A DNA stretch of 64,000 bases from Dimorphilus gyrociliatus. Taxonomy: Eukaryota; Animalia; Annelida. Position numbers and translations under genes: made by a program. Shown here one piece after another: positions 1-12,181 of the stretch. A model generated the notes under the pieces. The model was not told the DNA's origin and searched no databases. It saw nothing but the letters and a program-made list of their open reading frames with translations. The stretch is from contig CAJFCJ010000006.1 of assembly GCA_904063045.1 (NCBI GenBank), positions 3,116,408 through 3,180,407 of the forward strand. The letters are read 5' to 3'. How positions within the stretch are numbered: the stretch's first letter is position 1; every line of letters starts with the position of its first letter.

Positions 1-3000
1 ATCATCATCTTCATCATCCTCCTCATCAGATGATCCTATTGAATAATTATTTATCTCTTCGCTTTTCGTATTCGAACTAGAATCGTTTTTGGTTATATTG
101 GACGGTGAAATCGAACTATCTGGCATCATTAATGAAGATTCTTCCCCAGCACTCGTTTCGGTGGATTCTACTTGTTTTTTTAATAATTTTCCCCTTTCCT
201 TTCTCGTCTTCGATTTTGAACTTTTCACCCTCACAGTAGTTTTATCCGAAGGGTCCGGCTTATATTCTTTATCGAATTTTTGCATATAGGTTTCAATAAA
301 CGACTTTGCTTTAGACTTTACATCCAAATTAACTTCCAAGTCTTGAATATTTCTACAATGTTTTAATTCTTTCATCATAATTAAATGAGTCAATTTTCGT
401 GCTAAGGTCTTAAAATCATCATTGTTTTTTATTCTGCCCTGCTTGCAATCCGTTTTATGATAAGGATTTAAAACGTGGACAACATAGGCCGATATCTGGA
501 ACAATTTTGAAAAATAAACAATATACATATATAGAGAAAATATAAGAAACATACGGCTTTTTTAAATTTATCTTTAAATTTCTTTTCTCGTTTTATCATA
601 TTTTCTTTCTCATCTTTAATTCTTTTCCTTTTTTCTTTTTCTTTTGTCTTCTCTTGCAACTGATTGATGGTAGTAAATGTAGGAATAAAAAAAAGCTTAA
701 TTAATATTTGCAATTTAAAAAAACATTAATATTGTGACAGATTTTTATATTATTATCAAAAGATAATGAAATTATTTTCCATATAGATAGAGAAATTATA
801 AAACTGTTTAATCCTTCATTAGGTAATTGATTAATAGAAATATTTATTTTTTAAGGTATTATATAATTAATAATAAATAATAAAAAATAAATAAAGCCAA
901 TAAAGGTTTTCAATAAAGCATTAGCTAAATAGTTAATAAGTTCAATCACCCCGGAATAAATTTTGGTGAAATTAAAATGGAGAAATAATTTGTGAGACAT
1001 ATCAGAAGGATCAAGACAAATTTTGGCATAAAGCAGTAAAAAAATATTAGGGAAAAAAATTATGTGTCATTACATGATGAATTGTAAGAGGACTTAATTC
1101 GCCATCGCTGACAATCTGTAAATGGCGCTAGTTATAAAATTCACTAATAAAAGAAGACTATATAAAAAACTTTGTTTATAAAAAGAAATACATTATTTAA
1201 TTGAAGATTAATTTAAAATTGAAAAAATAAAATTAAAAACTATTGGAAATACACGTACATTGGTTTCAGTTGATTCAGGACTAGGAGGTGGAGGGGACCA
1301 TCGTGTTTCCCTGTTGATATATTTTTAATGCAACATTCTATATATATCATCTTAAAAAAATAACTTACTTTGTTTTTATATTATAATAATATGGTGTTCC
1401 GTCACCGTCATGAGCAATTTTCCAACTTTTTGGCAACTTTTTGCTAATAGATATGGGCTTGGGGGGAGGAGGAGGTACCTATTATACGAAGATAATATAT
1501 ATATATATATATTTATATTTATTATCTCAATCAAATATTAATATGTATATATAGATATTTACTTTTGGTCTTGCTCTAGGATCTGATGGAGGTGTACCCT
1601 GAGAAGCAAAAACATCGGATAGCCTTTCTTCAAAATTGGATACCGACGATGAAGGTTCCTGAGGAGGCGGCGCTGGGTTCCACGAAACAAATGTATGATC
1701 AGAAGGAACGGTAGGAGCTCCGTATACTACAGGCACTTGATGACCTGCATAAACCACAGGCACTGTAAAAGCAGAAGGCTGAACGACGGGTGGAAGATTT
1801 GTTCTGGGCTGAAAGATAACAGAATAGGTTTAATATAACTTTAGATTAATATTGAAATCAATGATACTTACTGTATTAACTTCGAAAAATTCTTGACCGG
1901 ATAGTTTAAAGCTTGACACAGGTGTTACCTAATAAACGGTAGTTTAAAATCAGCATTAGCATTTATAAAATATATAAAATTTACTTCATTCATGCTTTCC
2001 CGAAGTTCTTCTTGTTTAACGGCTTCTTCAAAGGCCCTTCGTCTTTCCTCTTTCGATATGCCCCTTTTTTGATTGTAGTTTGGAAGAAATCTTGCTGTTC
2101 GTCGATATCTCTCAACTTCAGGTTTATCATCTTTTTTCCTGTCGAATTTCAGGGTTTCTCTTTCGGGGGGTTTAGATCTTGAAGAGGGATAAGGTTCGGC
2201 CTCTTCTTCACTTTTCTTCCTTGTTTTTTTAGGAATTTTAAATTCCTCATTTAATTCATTCCATATAGCCAATAGTTTATCACAGAGTGCTGTAACCTTT
2301 TTGGTTAAAGCTAACTTTTCTTTCAATTTGTCATGTTTATCTTCATCTTCCGCCTCTTCAACTTTCTTTTCTTCCTGTTTTTCCTCTTTGGGTTCTTCGG
2401 GTGGCTCTCCACTAGTACTATCGACAACAGATTCTTCTTTCTCTTCGTGGTCTTTTTCACCTTCCTGTTGGTCCATTTTTTCTTCATCATCTTCGACTGG
2501 GATCGATCTTTCAAGTTCATTCTCACTTGTAAATAATTGACAGTCTCGTTTCCATTTTTCTAATGTTTCAATAATTCGACTTTCGCGAACACCAGTTTTG
2601 TGTAGAATTGGCAGTTTTTCTAGTATTTCCAGAATCTCAAGCTTATCGTTTTCGGAATCAAAGTTCGGATCAACAGCGAGACTCCAGAGTAATTTTAATC
2701 CATGAAAATCCAGAAAAGATCTCAAACAAGCTAATTCAGTGGTTTGCTTAAGTATTTCTAATAAAATTTCCCTGCACTTTGGCGTATCAGCATGTAACAT
2801 AAACCTACTTAATTGTAAAACATGTTCCTTTCTCCTCAATTTCCCATGGCATTTTTGTTCAAACTTTGTCACAGCATCAAATATTTCAGTTAATTTTTCA
2901 TCCCTTCTCATGCTAGCCGATGCAGCATTTTGTTGTTTAATTTCGCCCTCGGTTGGCAAGTTACTCTTTTGTCCAATAACCCCCCTACAATTTCCGGCTT

Positions 3001-6000
3001 TACAATAGCATTTTTGCTCTGTTCCACCAAATCTTTCAAATTTGTAATCGAAAGTTATCTCTTCCCCTGCTTTTATTGACCTTATAGCAAAAAACCCAAT
3101 TCTAACAGCACCATTCACAGTCCACTTATCGGTTTTACAATTAGGATCACAGCTATGATTAATAAACCTGGATCTATTCCCCTTTCTTGTTGCGTCAACA
3201 ACTTCTTCAGCACTTAATTGCAGCAAATAATGATGAGTTAACTTTTGTTTTTTATATTCTTTTAATCTTTTATGCATGTTTTTAAAATGTATAACTTCTC
3301 CGACATATTCAATAATGAATCCACCTCTGTTTATGAAGATATAAATATACGCATAAAATAATTTAAACTAGAGAATATCTTTGAAAGAAAATTAAACATA
3401 CGCATATATATCTTCAAGAGCTTTAAGACCTTTGCCTTTTAGTCCAGCATCAAACGTTTCAGTTTTAGGATATTCATGCTGTTTTTTTTTGTTTATTAAA
3501 AATATTAAAACTAGACTGGAAAATCTTATTTAAGCTTACTTTACTAAATCTCTGATTTGAGCACAAATCTTTCCATTTACATTGAGATCGATTGCTAAAA
3601 AAATAATAATAATTATGAGCAATAATTTATAATTATCAGCAATTTTCAATAAATTGAATTTACCATTCAATTTGTAACATTCGATTTATGCAATCATCTC
3701 CACATCCTTTAATACCCTCTAAAATATCATCTTTACTTGGAGGATCACATTCACACTGCATATCTTCATTTTGCTTTTTTCGTTTCCTTCTAAAATTTAG
3801 TAGTTTATTAAAAATTAAAGTATTGGATGTTAAAAGAAATATAAATGACTTACTTATCAACCCACAAGTATAAATTATCTATTATTTCTTCATATCCGAT
3901 AGTATGGCAAATTGGTTTATTTCCGGCTTCCTCTTTAACTTCTTCCACTTGAGAATATCTTGTCCATCTTGATTTTACTTTTTCGGGCGTTGTTTGCTGC
4001 GGTTTTCCTGTATCAGATTCAGGGTCTTCAAAATCTCTTAGCCAGCTCTTTTTGGGAGGCCCTCTTGGAGATTTTGCAGGTGTTGTTTGGCCGGAAGCTG
4101 GTGTTGAATCCTTACGATTTGTTAAGGGTGTCTTTTGGCGGGATCTGCTGCTTGACCTTGATAGCGATCGTCTGTAACTTCGAGAGTCTTTACTCCAAGA
4201 TCTTGATGCTCTATCATATTTTCTATCTCTAGACCTTGATCTAGTTCTGTAATAACTTCGCTTCGATTTATAAGGCGAATGAGACCTGGTTCTAGATCGA
4301 GACTTTAATCTGGATCTGGATCGAGATCGACTTCTAGACCTGTACCGATATCGTGATCTAGATCTTGATCTTGATCTTGAATGCGACTTCGAGCTTGACC
4401 TATATCGTTGCCGAGATCTTGATCGGTACCGTCTCCTAGATCTAGAACGAGAACTATACCTCGATCTGGAAATTGATCGTGACCGTGATCGTGACCTAGA
4501 CGAAGATCTTGATCTAGACCTCGATGTTGATGACGATCTTCGGGAACTCCTATGATAATCTGTCCGATTTTGCATTATTTGTTGTTTATTGTGCTCTGTT
4601 GTTTCTTTTTTTTCTGGTGTACATAATGTTAAGTTGGTTACAACTCCAGGTGGAGCAATATTAACTGGAGGGGCTCGAGAGAATCCTCTTTCAAGCAAAA
4701 GCTTATCAGTTTCATCTTTCTTACGTTCATTTTCCCCTTCTTTTTTAGCCTCTAATTTATTTTCTGGTGATTTAACGATATTGGACGGTTCTGGTATTGG
4801 AATTTTTTCATATAATTTATCGTTTTGTTCGTGTTTTCCCAAATCAGCATTTGCATTATCCGCATTTTTATTTGACACAGGGGATTGCATCGATTTTTCA
4901 TGACCGTCATCCGATAATGACATATTAGAAGAGCTGAAGGACGCTTTAGCTGCAATGTGCGATTGAGTTACTCTATGTTCTGATGGAAGAGTAGGCGTGT
5001 GCTTTCTTTCATCCTTGTCATTGGCTGGGCTGGGCGAGCGTGTCTTCCTCCGATTATAACTTGGAGAGTAAGAAGGACCGCATGGCCTCCTAGTTCTGTA
5101 GTCAGTATCCCCGTGGTGTGCATTACTTCTACTATTAGACGAATAAAAGTTCGATCGTCTATCCCTGGGTGAATTTATATTTTCGTGATATGGCCCACTT
5201 CGACGTTTGTCATAATTCTTATGATATCTGAAAGACGACTCTCGTCTATACGGAGATTTTGATCTTCTAGACCGAGAGCTTAATCCTTTATCATAATAAT
5301 CATTTCTATGGTATGATGAATGTTTCTTTTCGTAAAAGTTAAATCTATTTTTTCTTCTATCTTCTTTTGATCTACTCCTACCTCGTGGATTCCATTTTCT
5401 ATGATTGTATTCAGTACTCTTAGATCTAGACCTTCTTTGTCTACGATACGAATTTTCTTGAGAAATAGATCTTCTTCTATCACTTGTTTTTTCATACCTT
5501 CTATCGGTTTCATTATCGTTTAATCTTTCATATCTTCTATCATGTTCGCTATCATTATCATCTCTCTTATAAAATTTTCCCCTATCATTTGGGCTAATTC
5601 TTTCATTTTTTGATCGATTCCTTTCGGCTTCACTATCACTTTCGTCCGACCAAAATAGCTTAGGTGGCTTATTCCGAGACTTGGGGCTCTTATACAGATT
5701 TTCATCGGTTCTTGAATCACTATCACTTTCTTTTTCTTCTACCCAAGTGGGCTTTGATATTTGACCTGGTCCCTTTGGACTCTTTTTAGGAGAAATTTCG
5801 TTATTGACTGATCTACCCATCTTCGGCTTAATAGCAAATGAAATTTTAACAGGAGATTTTGTCGGGGGACGCTCTTCATCTGCCAGTAGTGTTTCAGTTG
5901 GATCATAGTCGTCTTCACCCATAGTTGGCTTTTCTTTGTTATCGGATATAATGGCATTTTCAGCTTGCAATTGAGTCTCAGCTTTAGGCTCATCAGTATG

Positions 6001-6966
6001 ATTTAAATCATTATCACTTTTAGCATCATAACTTTTCTCTCTTTGTTCTTCGATTGATTGGCTGCAATCATTCTGTGCATCCTCATCATCTTTATTTACA
6101 TGACTATACCGATAATCATCACGGCGATCATCTCGAGATATTAGTCTATCTCTTTGGCGCTTTTGCTGATCTTGTTCTCGATATTTTTTATCAGACGATC
6201 GTGAAAGATCAGAATAACTATTTTCCTTTCTATAATCATCTCTGTGCCTCCTTTCAGTTGATCTATCAGAATGACGTCTCTCATTAATGTCAGATTTCCT
6301 TTCAGTATATTCGTGACTCTGTCTGCTGTTTCGATAGTTGTAATTTTGAATATCTGATTTAGCAAAAGAAGGCTTCATTCTCTTTGAATAAGGTGAACTT
6401 GATCGAGAACTTCTATGATCACCGCTTCCATCTGATCTGGGTACAGTCTCGTCTTTCTCCTGCCAATAACCCTCCTTTTCTCTGCCAGGTGATCTAGCTG
6501 TTGGTCGCGAGGGGGGTAAAGGAATATCAGAGAGAATGGGTTCGCTACTGAAAGAGTTAGATGCGTCTCTCTTGTTTTTCCAAGTATTATCGGATTTTTT
6601 GTATTTATTAAAATAGGCACCATTTTCACTGCTATCACTGTTCACTTCATAATTTCCATGCCTATTATGACCAACATCCTTTCTTCTTCCTGTATCGATC
6701 GCTTGATGCGAATAGTCATCACGATTTCTTCCTTCACGGCCTCTTTCCGATCTCGATCTCATTGAGTCTCTTCTTCCATCCTCTTCTTCCATACTAGATA
6801 CGGAAAAATGACGACTGGAACGATCTGTTCTAGATCTATCTTTTTCACTTTCCATTCGATAGTCATTTTTATAGCTCCGACCCCAACCTGAACTATCCCT
6901 TTTAGAATTATCTTCTTTTCTATTTGTTTTGAAGGCAAATTTTATTTTCCCTCTTTCCGGATCCAT
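1..6966 (-). CDS. SETD2: Histone H3K36 methyltransferase SETD2/Set2 (multi-exon; 3' end lies beyond position 1)
   Basis: A long Arg/Ser-rich first coding exon (6966-~3855) is followed by AWS (MQCEC...GCGDDCINR), SET (EYVGEV...RFINHSCDPNC...EITFDYKF), post-SET (CYCKAGNCRG), a WW domain (KLPKSWKIAHDGDGTPYYYN...ETRWSPP, exons ~1490-1370 and ~1311-1257) and an SRI domain (ISAYVVHVLNPYHKTDCKQGRI...LARKLTHLIM...YMQKF, ~512-270). All are joined by GT-AG introns. Confidence 0.97.
4225..4545 (-). repeat. Low-complexity coding repeat encoding an Arg-Ser dipeptide tract in SETD2
   Basis: Degenerate (AGATCT/AGATCA/CGATCT)n translates to SRSRSRSSSRSRSRSRSISRSRYSSRSRSRRRYRSRSR in the 1038-aa ORF. Confidence 0.9.
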
Positions 6967-9092
6967 TTAAGTCGATCTAAATAAGATTATGCTCCCTATC
7001 ACCTGAAAAATTACACAAAAGTTTATTTAAAGCAAAGGGAATTTTAAATTAAATTTTAAAAAATTATTAAAAACACTTCTTTAGACAAAAATAGTTTATC
7101 TATATAAAAAAAGATTTTAACGAATTTGTCATTAATCAAACGCACTTTCTTAAAAAGAACAATTTTAACGTCAATGAGTACTAAAACCATTTTTGATTCT
7201 GGAATATACAAAATAGAAACTTTAAAAAAAAATAAATAAAAACAAAAAAAATATGGAAAATAGATTAAACAAACGGAATACTTTTGATTATATTATAATA
7301 TTCGAAGATATACTATAAAGATTAATGACTTTATATTTTAAAAAATATGCATATTTATAAGAGTTTTTCTACTTTTATACAAAAAAAAATCCATATTTTA
7401 TATAAAAGCGACTAAGTTGCAAAGAAAATTATAAGACTGCATTTTGTTATATTTTACAATACAAGGAATTTTTAAGAACGTATTCTCTTCATATCCAACT
7501 ATATTCAATTCCTGTAGGCTCGAGTTAAAAATTGTAGATCTATAAAATGGTTAGCTTAGACCAAGGTGTAACGTAACTTTCAAATATTTAACTTAATATG
7601 ATGTCCTAAAATCTATACTTTGATTTGAAACATTTTAAATAAATTTTATAAATTATTAATACTTCGTTTTATTATTTTACCAACCCAATATTTCAAATTT
7701 CAGGAAATTTGGAAGTATGCTATGTCCAAAATATCCCGTATGTAGATTTTAAAAATGGCGTCGATTAAAAAAAAACCTACGATTTTTTGAAACCCTTGAT
7801 TTAATATTGAAGTATTATGCTGAATCATGTAATAAATATAATAAATATTTTGCAGATTGTTTTCAACCTATTAATAGAAATTCCAATTACTTGAAATCGG
7901 CAAAACTAATTACCTTGCATAGGCGATCGTGATGTTTTAATCTTTTCCTTGTTCAAATTAAAGCTATTTTAGACTTCTAATATTTCTTTAATTTTAATGA
8001 CGTATAATATCAGTTTTAGAGTCCTCTTAAATACAAAAATGCATTTGTTTATCGTGTTACAGCTCCATCTTTCGGTAAAGAGTACCAAAATTACTACTTT
8101 CTGCAAATAGCACTATATTAGAGATCTATTAAATTTATAGTTGAGGAATAATACCCACTTTATCACTAGAGTCTTTCTAAATTCGTATGGTTTATATCAA
8201 CAGAAATTTAATCGATTCTTTTTAACAGGCGTGTTTCAGAAGCTAACATAGATATTTTCAAATTTCAATATGGCGGAGGGTAATCCGGATCCCTGTCGTA
8301 TTTTAACATAATAGCAAGCTTAAAGAAGTAACAAAAAAGTAACAAAATACTCCTCCAAACTTTTTATAGTACCTTTTTTTATCAAAAATAAAATGCTAAT
8401 TTGAACGGGTTGATTCACTCCAGTAGAACACTACAGTTTCAATGATTGTTGGTTACCTATTCGGCGCTTTAATGTATCACGTGTTCCTTTTCAAATGCAA
8501 AAATATCGAGTTTTAACTTGAAGAGTTTTAAAGCGTTATCGTTATAGAAATGAATACCTTTATAAAAAAAATAGTTACATTTTTGTACTGTACTGCGGTC
8601 AATGACTATTTATACTTTGAATAGATCTAATTTTGATTTAATTTCCGCAGTATTACACTCATCGTTCTCATTAACGAAATAGTTAGAATTGCAATCTTTT
8701 TTTTTCATAGACTTTCTACATTCATTCTAATTTATAATATATTATTTTCCGATTATCTAAAAATAAATATTAAAATAAAGGCCTATATATGCAAAAGAAA
8801 ATGCTTTATACAACTTTCATAAATCTGGAAAGATAATATGAAACTATGCCCTCAATAATATTCAAAGATTTATTCTATCTATTTATCAATTGGCAATAGA
8901 GGTATATGTACACTATTAATATAATTTAACAAGTATTATCTCTTATAAATTCAATTCCATTTTAAGCTTTAAAAAAAATTACTTAAAGTTCTCTCCTTCT
9001 TCATCTTATTATTGAAAAGTATTAATTTTTGTAAGATCTAATAGAGATTTATAATATCAATATTGTGGTTATTCTAACACGCCGGCTATCTG

Positions 9093-9100
9093 TGACGTCA
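9093..9100. promoter_or_regulatory. CRE/ATF palindrome TGACGTCA upstream of ROMO1
   Basis: Exact TGACGTCA about 130 bp 5' of the ROMO1 ATG. Confidence 0.45.
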
Positions 9101-9230
9101 TTCATCTTGCTATAACCTGGTGGTGTTTGAATATTTTGCCATCGGTGAAAGACACTCTGTCAAGAGGCATATTACTTTTATAAAATATCAGAGTTAATAG
9201 TTCATACTTTGTAAACAGTCTAGTTAAAAA

Positions 9231-9470
9231 ATGCCAGCTCCTCCATCAGCTTATGGCCAACACGGCCCCTCATGTTTTAATAAAATAAAAACCGGCTTTA
9301 TGATGGGATTTTGCGTCGGACTCGGAGCAGGAGCGATCTTTGGTGGATTTGGCGGTTTAAGAATGGGATTTCGCGGTGCAGAATTAATCGGTCAAGTTGG
9401 AAAAGCAATGATTCAAGGTGGCGGAACTTTTGGTACATTTATGGCAATCGGTTCTGGAATTAGATGCTAA
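9231..9470 (+). CDS. ROMO1: Reactive oxygen species modulator 1 (ROMO1/Mgr2), intronless CDS
   Basis: 79 aa: MP...[18 protein letters not shown]...[16 protein letters not shown], the ROMO1 family signature, length and C-terminal IRC. Confidence 0.97.
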   Translation: MPAPPSAYGQHGPSCFNKIKTGFMMGFCVGLGAGAIFGGFGGLRMGFRGAELIGQVGKAMIQGGGTFGTFMAIGSGIRC

Positions 9471-9900
9471 ACTATAAAAATTCAGAATTCATTCTACTGC
9501 AAAGACTTCATATTCATTTTTCCTTATCGTTTAATAAATTTGTTACTATAGAGTTATGAAAGGAAATTGTATTATCTAAGAAAAAAGTAATTTGTGTGCT
9601 ATATTTCAAAGATCATGAAAGTCAATATATAAAGATAGTTCGAAGGTCATTTTTGTCACCTTAACATAAATTTAGGTGTAAATGCAAGATATGCCAAAAC
9701 ATATGAGAAGCACATACTTCATAATATTGTTTAAAGTATATCGTGTTCATGCGTATTGTATGAACCTACCAAAAATCTTCAAAACATTGACACAATAAAT
9801 AATACAAAATCCTAAGATCTGTATTAAAAAAAAACCACATTGTTTGTTTTAAGCTACAGTTGAATGTTCTAACACATTTAGCAGTTAAAAAATGTCCTTA

Positions 9901-10253
9901 TTATTGAGCCACTTCTGTAATGAAAAAGGAGATAGTTTTTAAAAAATTTGATAAATTTATCATCACTTACTAATAGGCTTTCCATCTTTCCATGATGTAA
10001 TTTTTATTGTAGTTGCGTCCCTTTTTAGGGCCTCTACTCTCTGCTCTGGTTTAAGGCTTCTTCTAACTATCTGGGCGCATATTTTAGAATATTGGATATA
10101 GCTGAAACGAGTACATCTCTTTAGACGTGACTATATACGATTTTATATGTTATTACATGTATTTTTTTATCAATGAAACTATTTTATTATTAATTTTATC
10201 CATATATGTGAAAAGTATATTTACTTTAACCCTGCTTGTCGCCAAAAAGTCAT
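9901..10253 (-). CDS. ATP5F1E: Mitochondrial ATP synthase F1 subunit epsilon (3 exons; not in ORF track)
   Basis: Exons 10253-10225, 10101-9971 and 9914-9901 splice phase-consistently to MTFWRQAGLNYIQYSKICAQIVRRSLKPEQRVEALKRDATTIKITSWKDGKPIKVAQ*, matching the WRQAGL.YI.YS.ICA motif. Confidence 0.93.
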
Positions 10254-10371
10254 AATTCTTGATTTCTTATTCGACCTTCTGTCTGAGCGAAATAAGGAGA
10301 AGTAGGCGAAGATATGTTCGTAAGGACAATATAGTAGTTAAGATTGATTTAGTCGTACACTTTAAAATAAT

Positions 10372-10412
10372 TTTAAATGGCAGCTTTAAAAAAAATTAGT
10401 CTACGCCATTTT
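10372..10412. promoter_or_regulatory. Paired YY1/Pho-like motifs in the ATP5F1E-CHMP1A bidirectional promoter
   Basis: AAATGGCAGC (~10376) and CGCCATTTT (10404-10412) lie in the ~320 bp between the divergent ATGs. Confidence 0.4.
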
Positions 10413-10571
10413 GAAATTCCATTTTCTTCTTATAACAGTTTTCTTATGTTTATTAAGCTACTTTACTATCAAAGTGAGTCAGAGTCATCGAGATTGAAAT
10501 AATACTGTCATCGTGCAAGTAACTCATTTTAATTCTGTTTAGTAAACGCTACAAAAAATCCTACAGCATAT

Positions 10572-11748
10572 ATGGATGGTTTGTATACTTTTTCTAGCGT
10601 TATTATTGAACTAACTAAAGTTTAATTCTTCTTTCGGTTTTATCGCTCATACATCTAAAAAATTATTTGTTTTCTACAGACGTGCTATTTCAATTGAAGG
10701 TTTGTATCAAGTTCATATGAATTTACAGTATTATTTTTATCGTATAAATCATTTCAGTTTACGGCTAAACAGTTGGATCGACTGTCCCGTAAAGCGGAGA
10801 AAGAACAAAAATCTGAGCAAGCTAAAGTCAAAAAGGTATTTCATCCTTATTGAAAATTTCTATTGAAACATAACATGAAACTTTATTGTATCATCTTTAA
10901 AAATTCCATCTTTTCAAATGAGCGAATATAACTTAATTAAAAAATATGTATATATTTCTTTTTTGAATTAATGTGTATGAGTCACACTTAACTATGATTT
11001 AATGGAGGAGGAAGCTTTACCTTTTATCTAAAATATAACTCATTTTATTCTTCTTTTATAAACTTTAGATGAGAGTAATATGACGATCTTACAATATCAT
11101 TATATCATTATATCATTTCAGTATATAGCCGCAAAGGATTTAGAACGAGCAAAAATATATGCAGAAAATGCCATCCGCAAGAAGAATGAAAGTTTAAATT
11201 ATCTTCGTTATTCGGCTAAAGTTGATGGCGTAGCCTCCAGAGTAAAACAGGGATTAGCTATGAAGGATATAGCTAAAAAAATAGGTGGTGTAACAAAAGC
11301 TCTTGATCGGGCTATGGCCAGTATGGATTTGACGAAAATATCTTCTATTATGGAAAAGTTTGAATCTCAATTTGAAGATTTAGACGTTAGAACGAATGTT
11401 GTGGAAGGAGCAATGGGTGAAGCAACTACGCTGTCGACTCCAATGGAATCTGTTGAAGCTTTAATTAAGCAAGTTGCAGATGAGAACGATCTAGAATTGA
11501 CAGGTCAAATGCATCAAGCACCGTCAGCAACTGTAACCAATCCTGGAGAATCGGTTGGCTCTAAAAATGCTGAGGATGCTTTATCTAGACGGTAAGTCTT
11601 GAAATTAATGACCCTATATATACATATATTAATTAGCGGCAAACGCCGTTGGGATAATTCTAATTTCATATATTCTAGAATCTTAAAATATAGTTAATTA
11701 ATCTATATTCCGCGTTTTTTTTACAGATTGCAAGCACTAAGAAATTGA
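10572..11748 (+). CDS. CHMP1A: ESCRT-III subunit CHMP1A
   Basis: Exons 10572-10578, 10680-10699, 10758-10835, ~11121-11591 and 11727-11748 give MDDVLFQLKFTAKQLDRLSRKAEK...YAENAIRKKNE...EDALSRRLQALRN* (C-terminal MIM1). Confidence 0.95.
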
Positions 11749-12181
11749 AATAATGTGATAGACAACTAAATTTTTATGGTATCTTATATGCACTGATCAA
11801 CTGTACATTCTGAAGAATGAACTTATTATTTTTTATTTGATCAATTGGCTTGAAAATTTACATACTTCTGATTGCGGACGATTGTACATTTTGAGAAATA
11901 AAAGAAATTTTAACTGGGGAAAAAACCTTGTATTTGATATCAAAAAATCCCTAAGGTATTTCAATGAATTCGCAAATTTTCGTTGAAGACGTAAAGTTTC
12001 TTGTATTATTAAATTTTTCATTTCTTGCACCTTAATTTTAAATATTTGCAATTTACATTTTTAATATGAAAATAGCAGACTAAATACGCTAAAGATTGTT
12101 GCTTTAACGAAACGTATTATCGAATAGCTTATTCAAAAAACTAACATAAAACTCTGGGGAGTCTGTCTTAAAATTATAAAG

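Noticed and set aside
2301-6287. Plus-strand ORFs antisense to SETD2, and similar antisense ORFs over Myb, ICE1-like, ZC3H15, Vav and CBX
   Set aside because: These are shadow ORFs produced by low-complexity Glu/Lys/Ser codons on the real coding strand, with no family motifs.
8290-8510. ATGGCGGAGG|GT plus a downstream piece reading VSMIVGYLFGALMYH, reminiscent of the Abraxas N-terminus
   Set aside because: No continuation (EGFLLG etc.) is found, frames close quickly, and ATGGCG is better explained as a YY1-type promoter motif.
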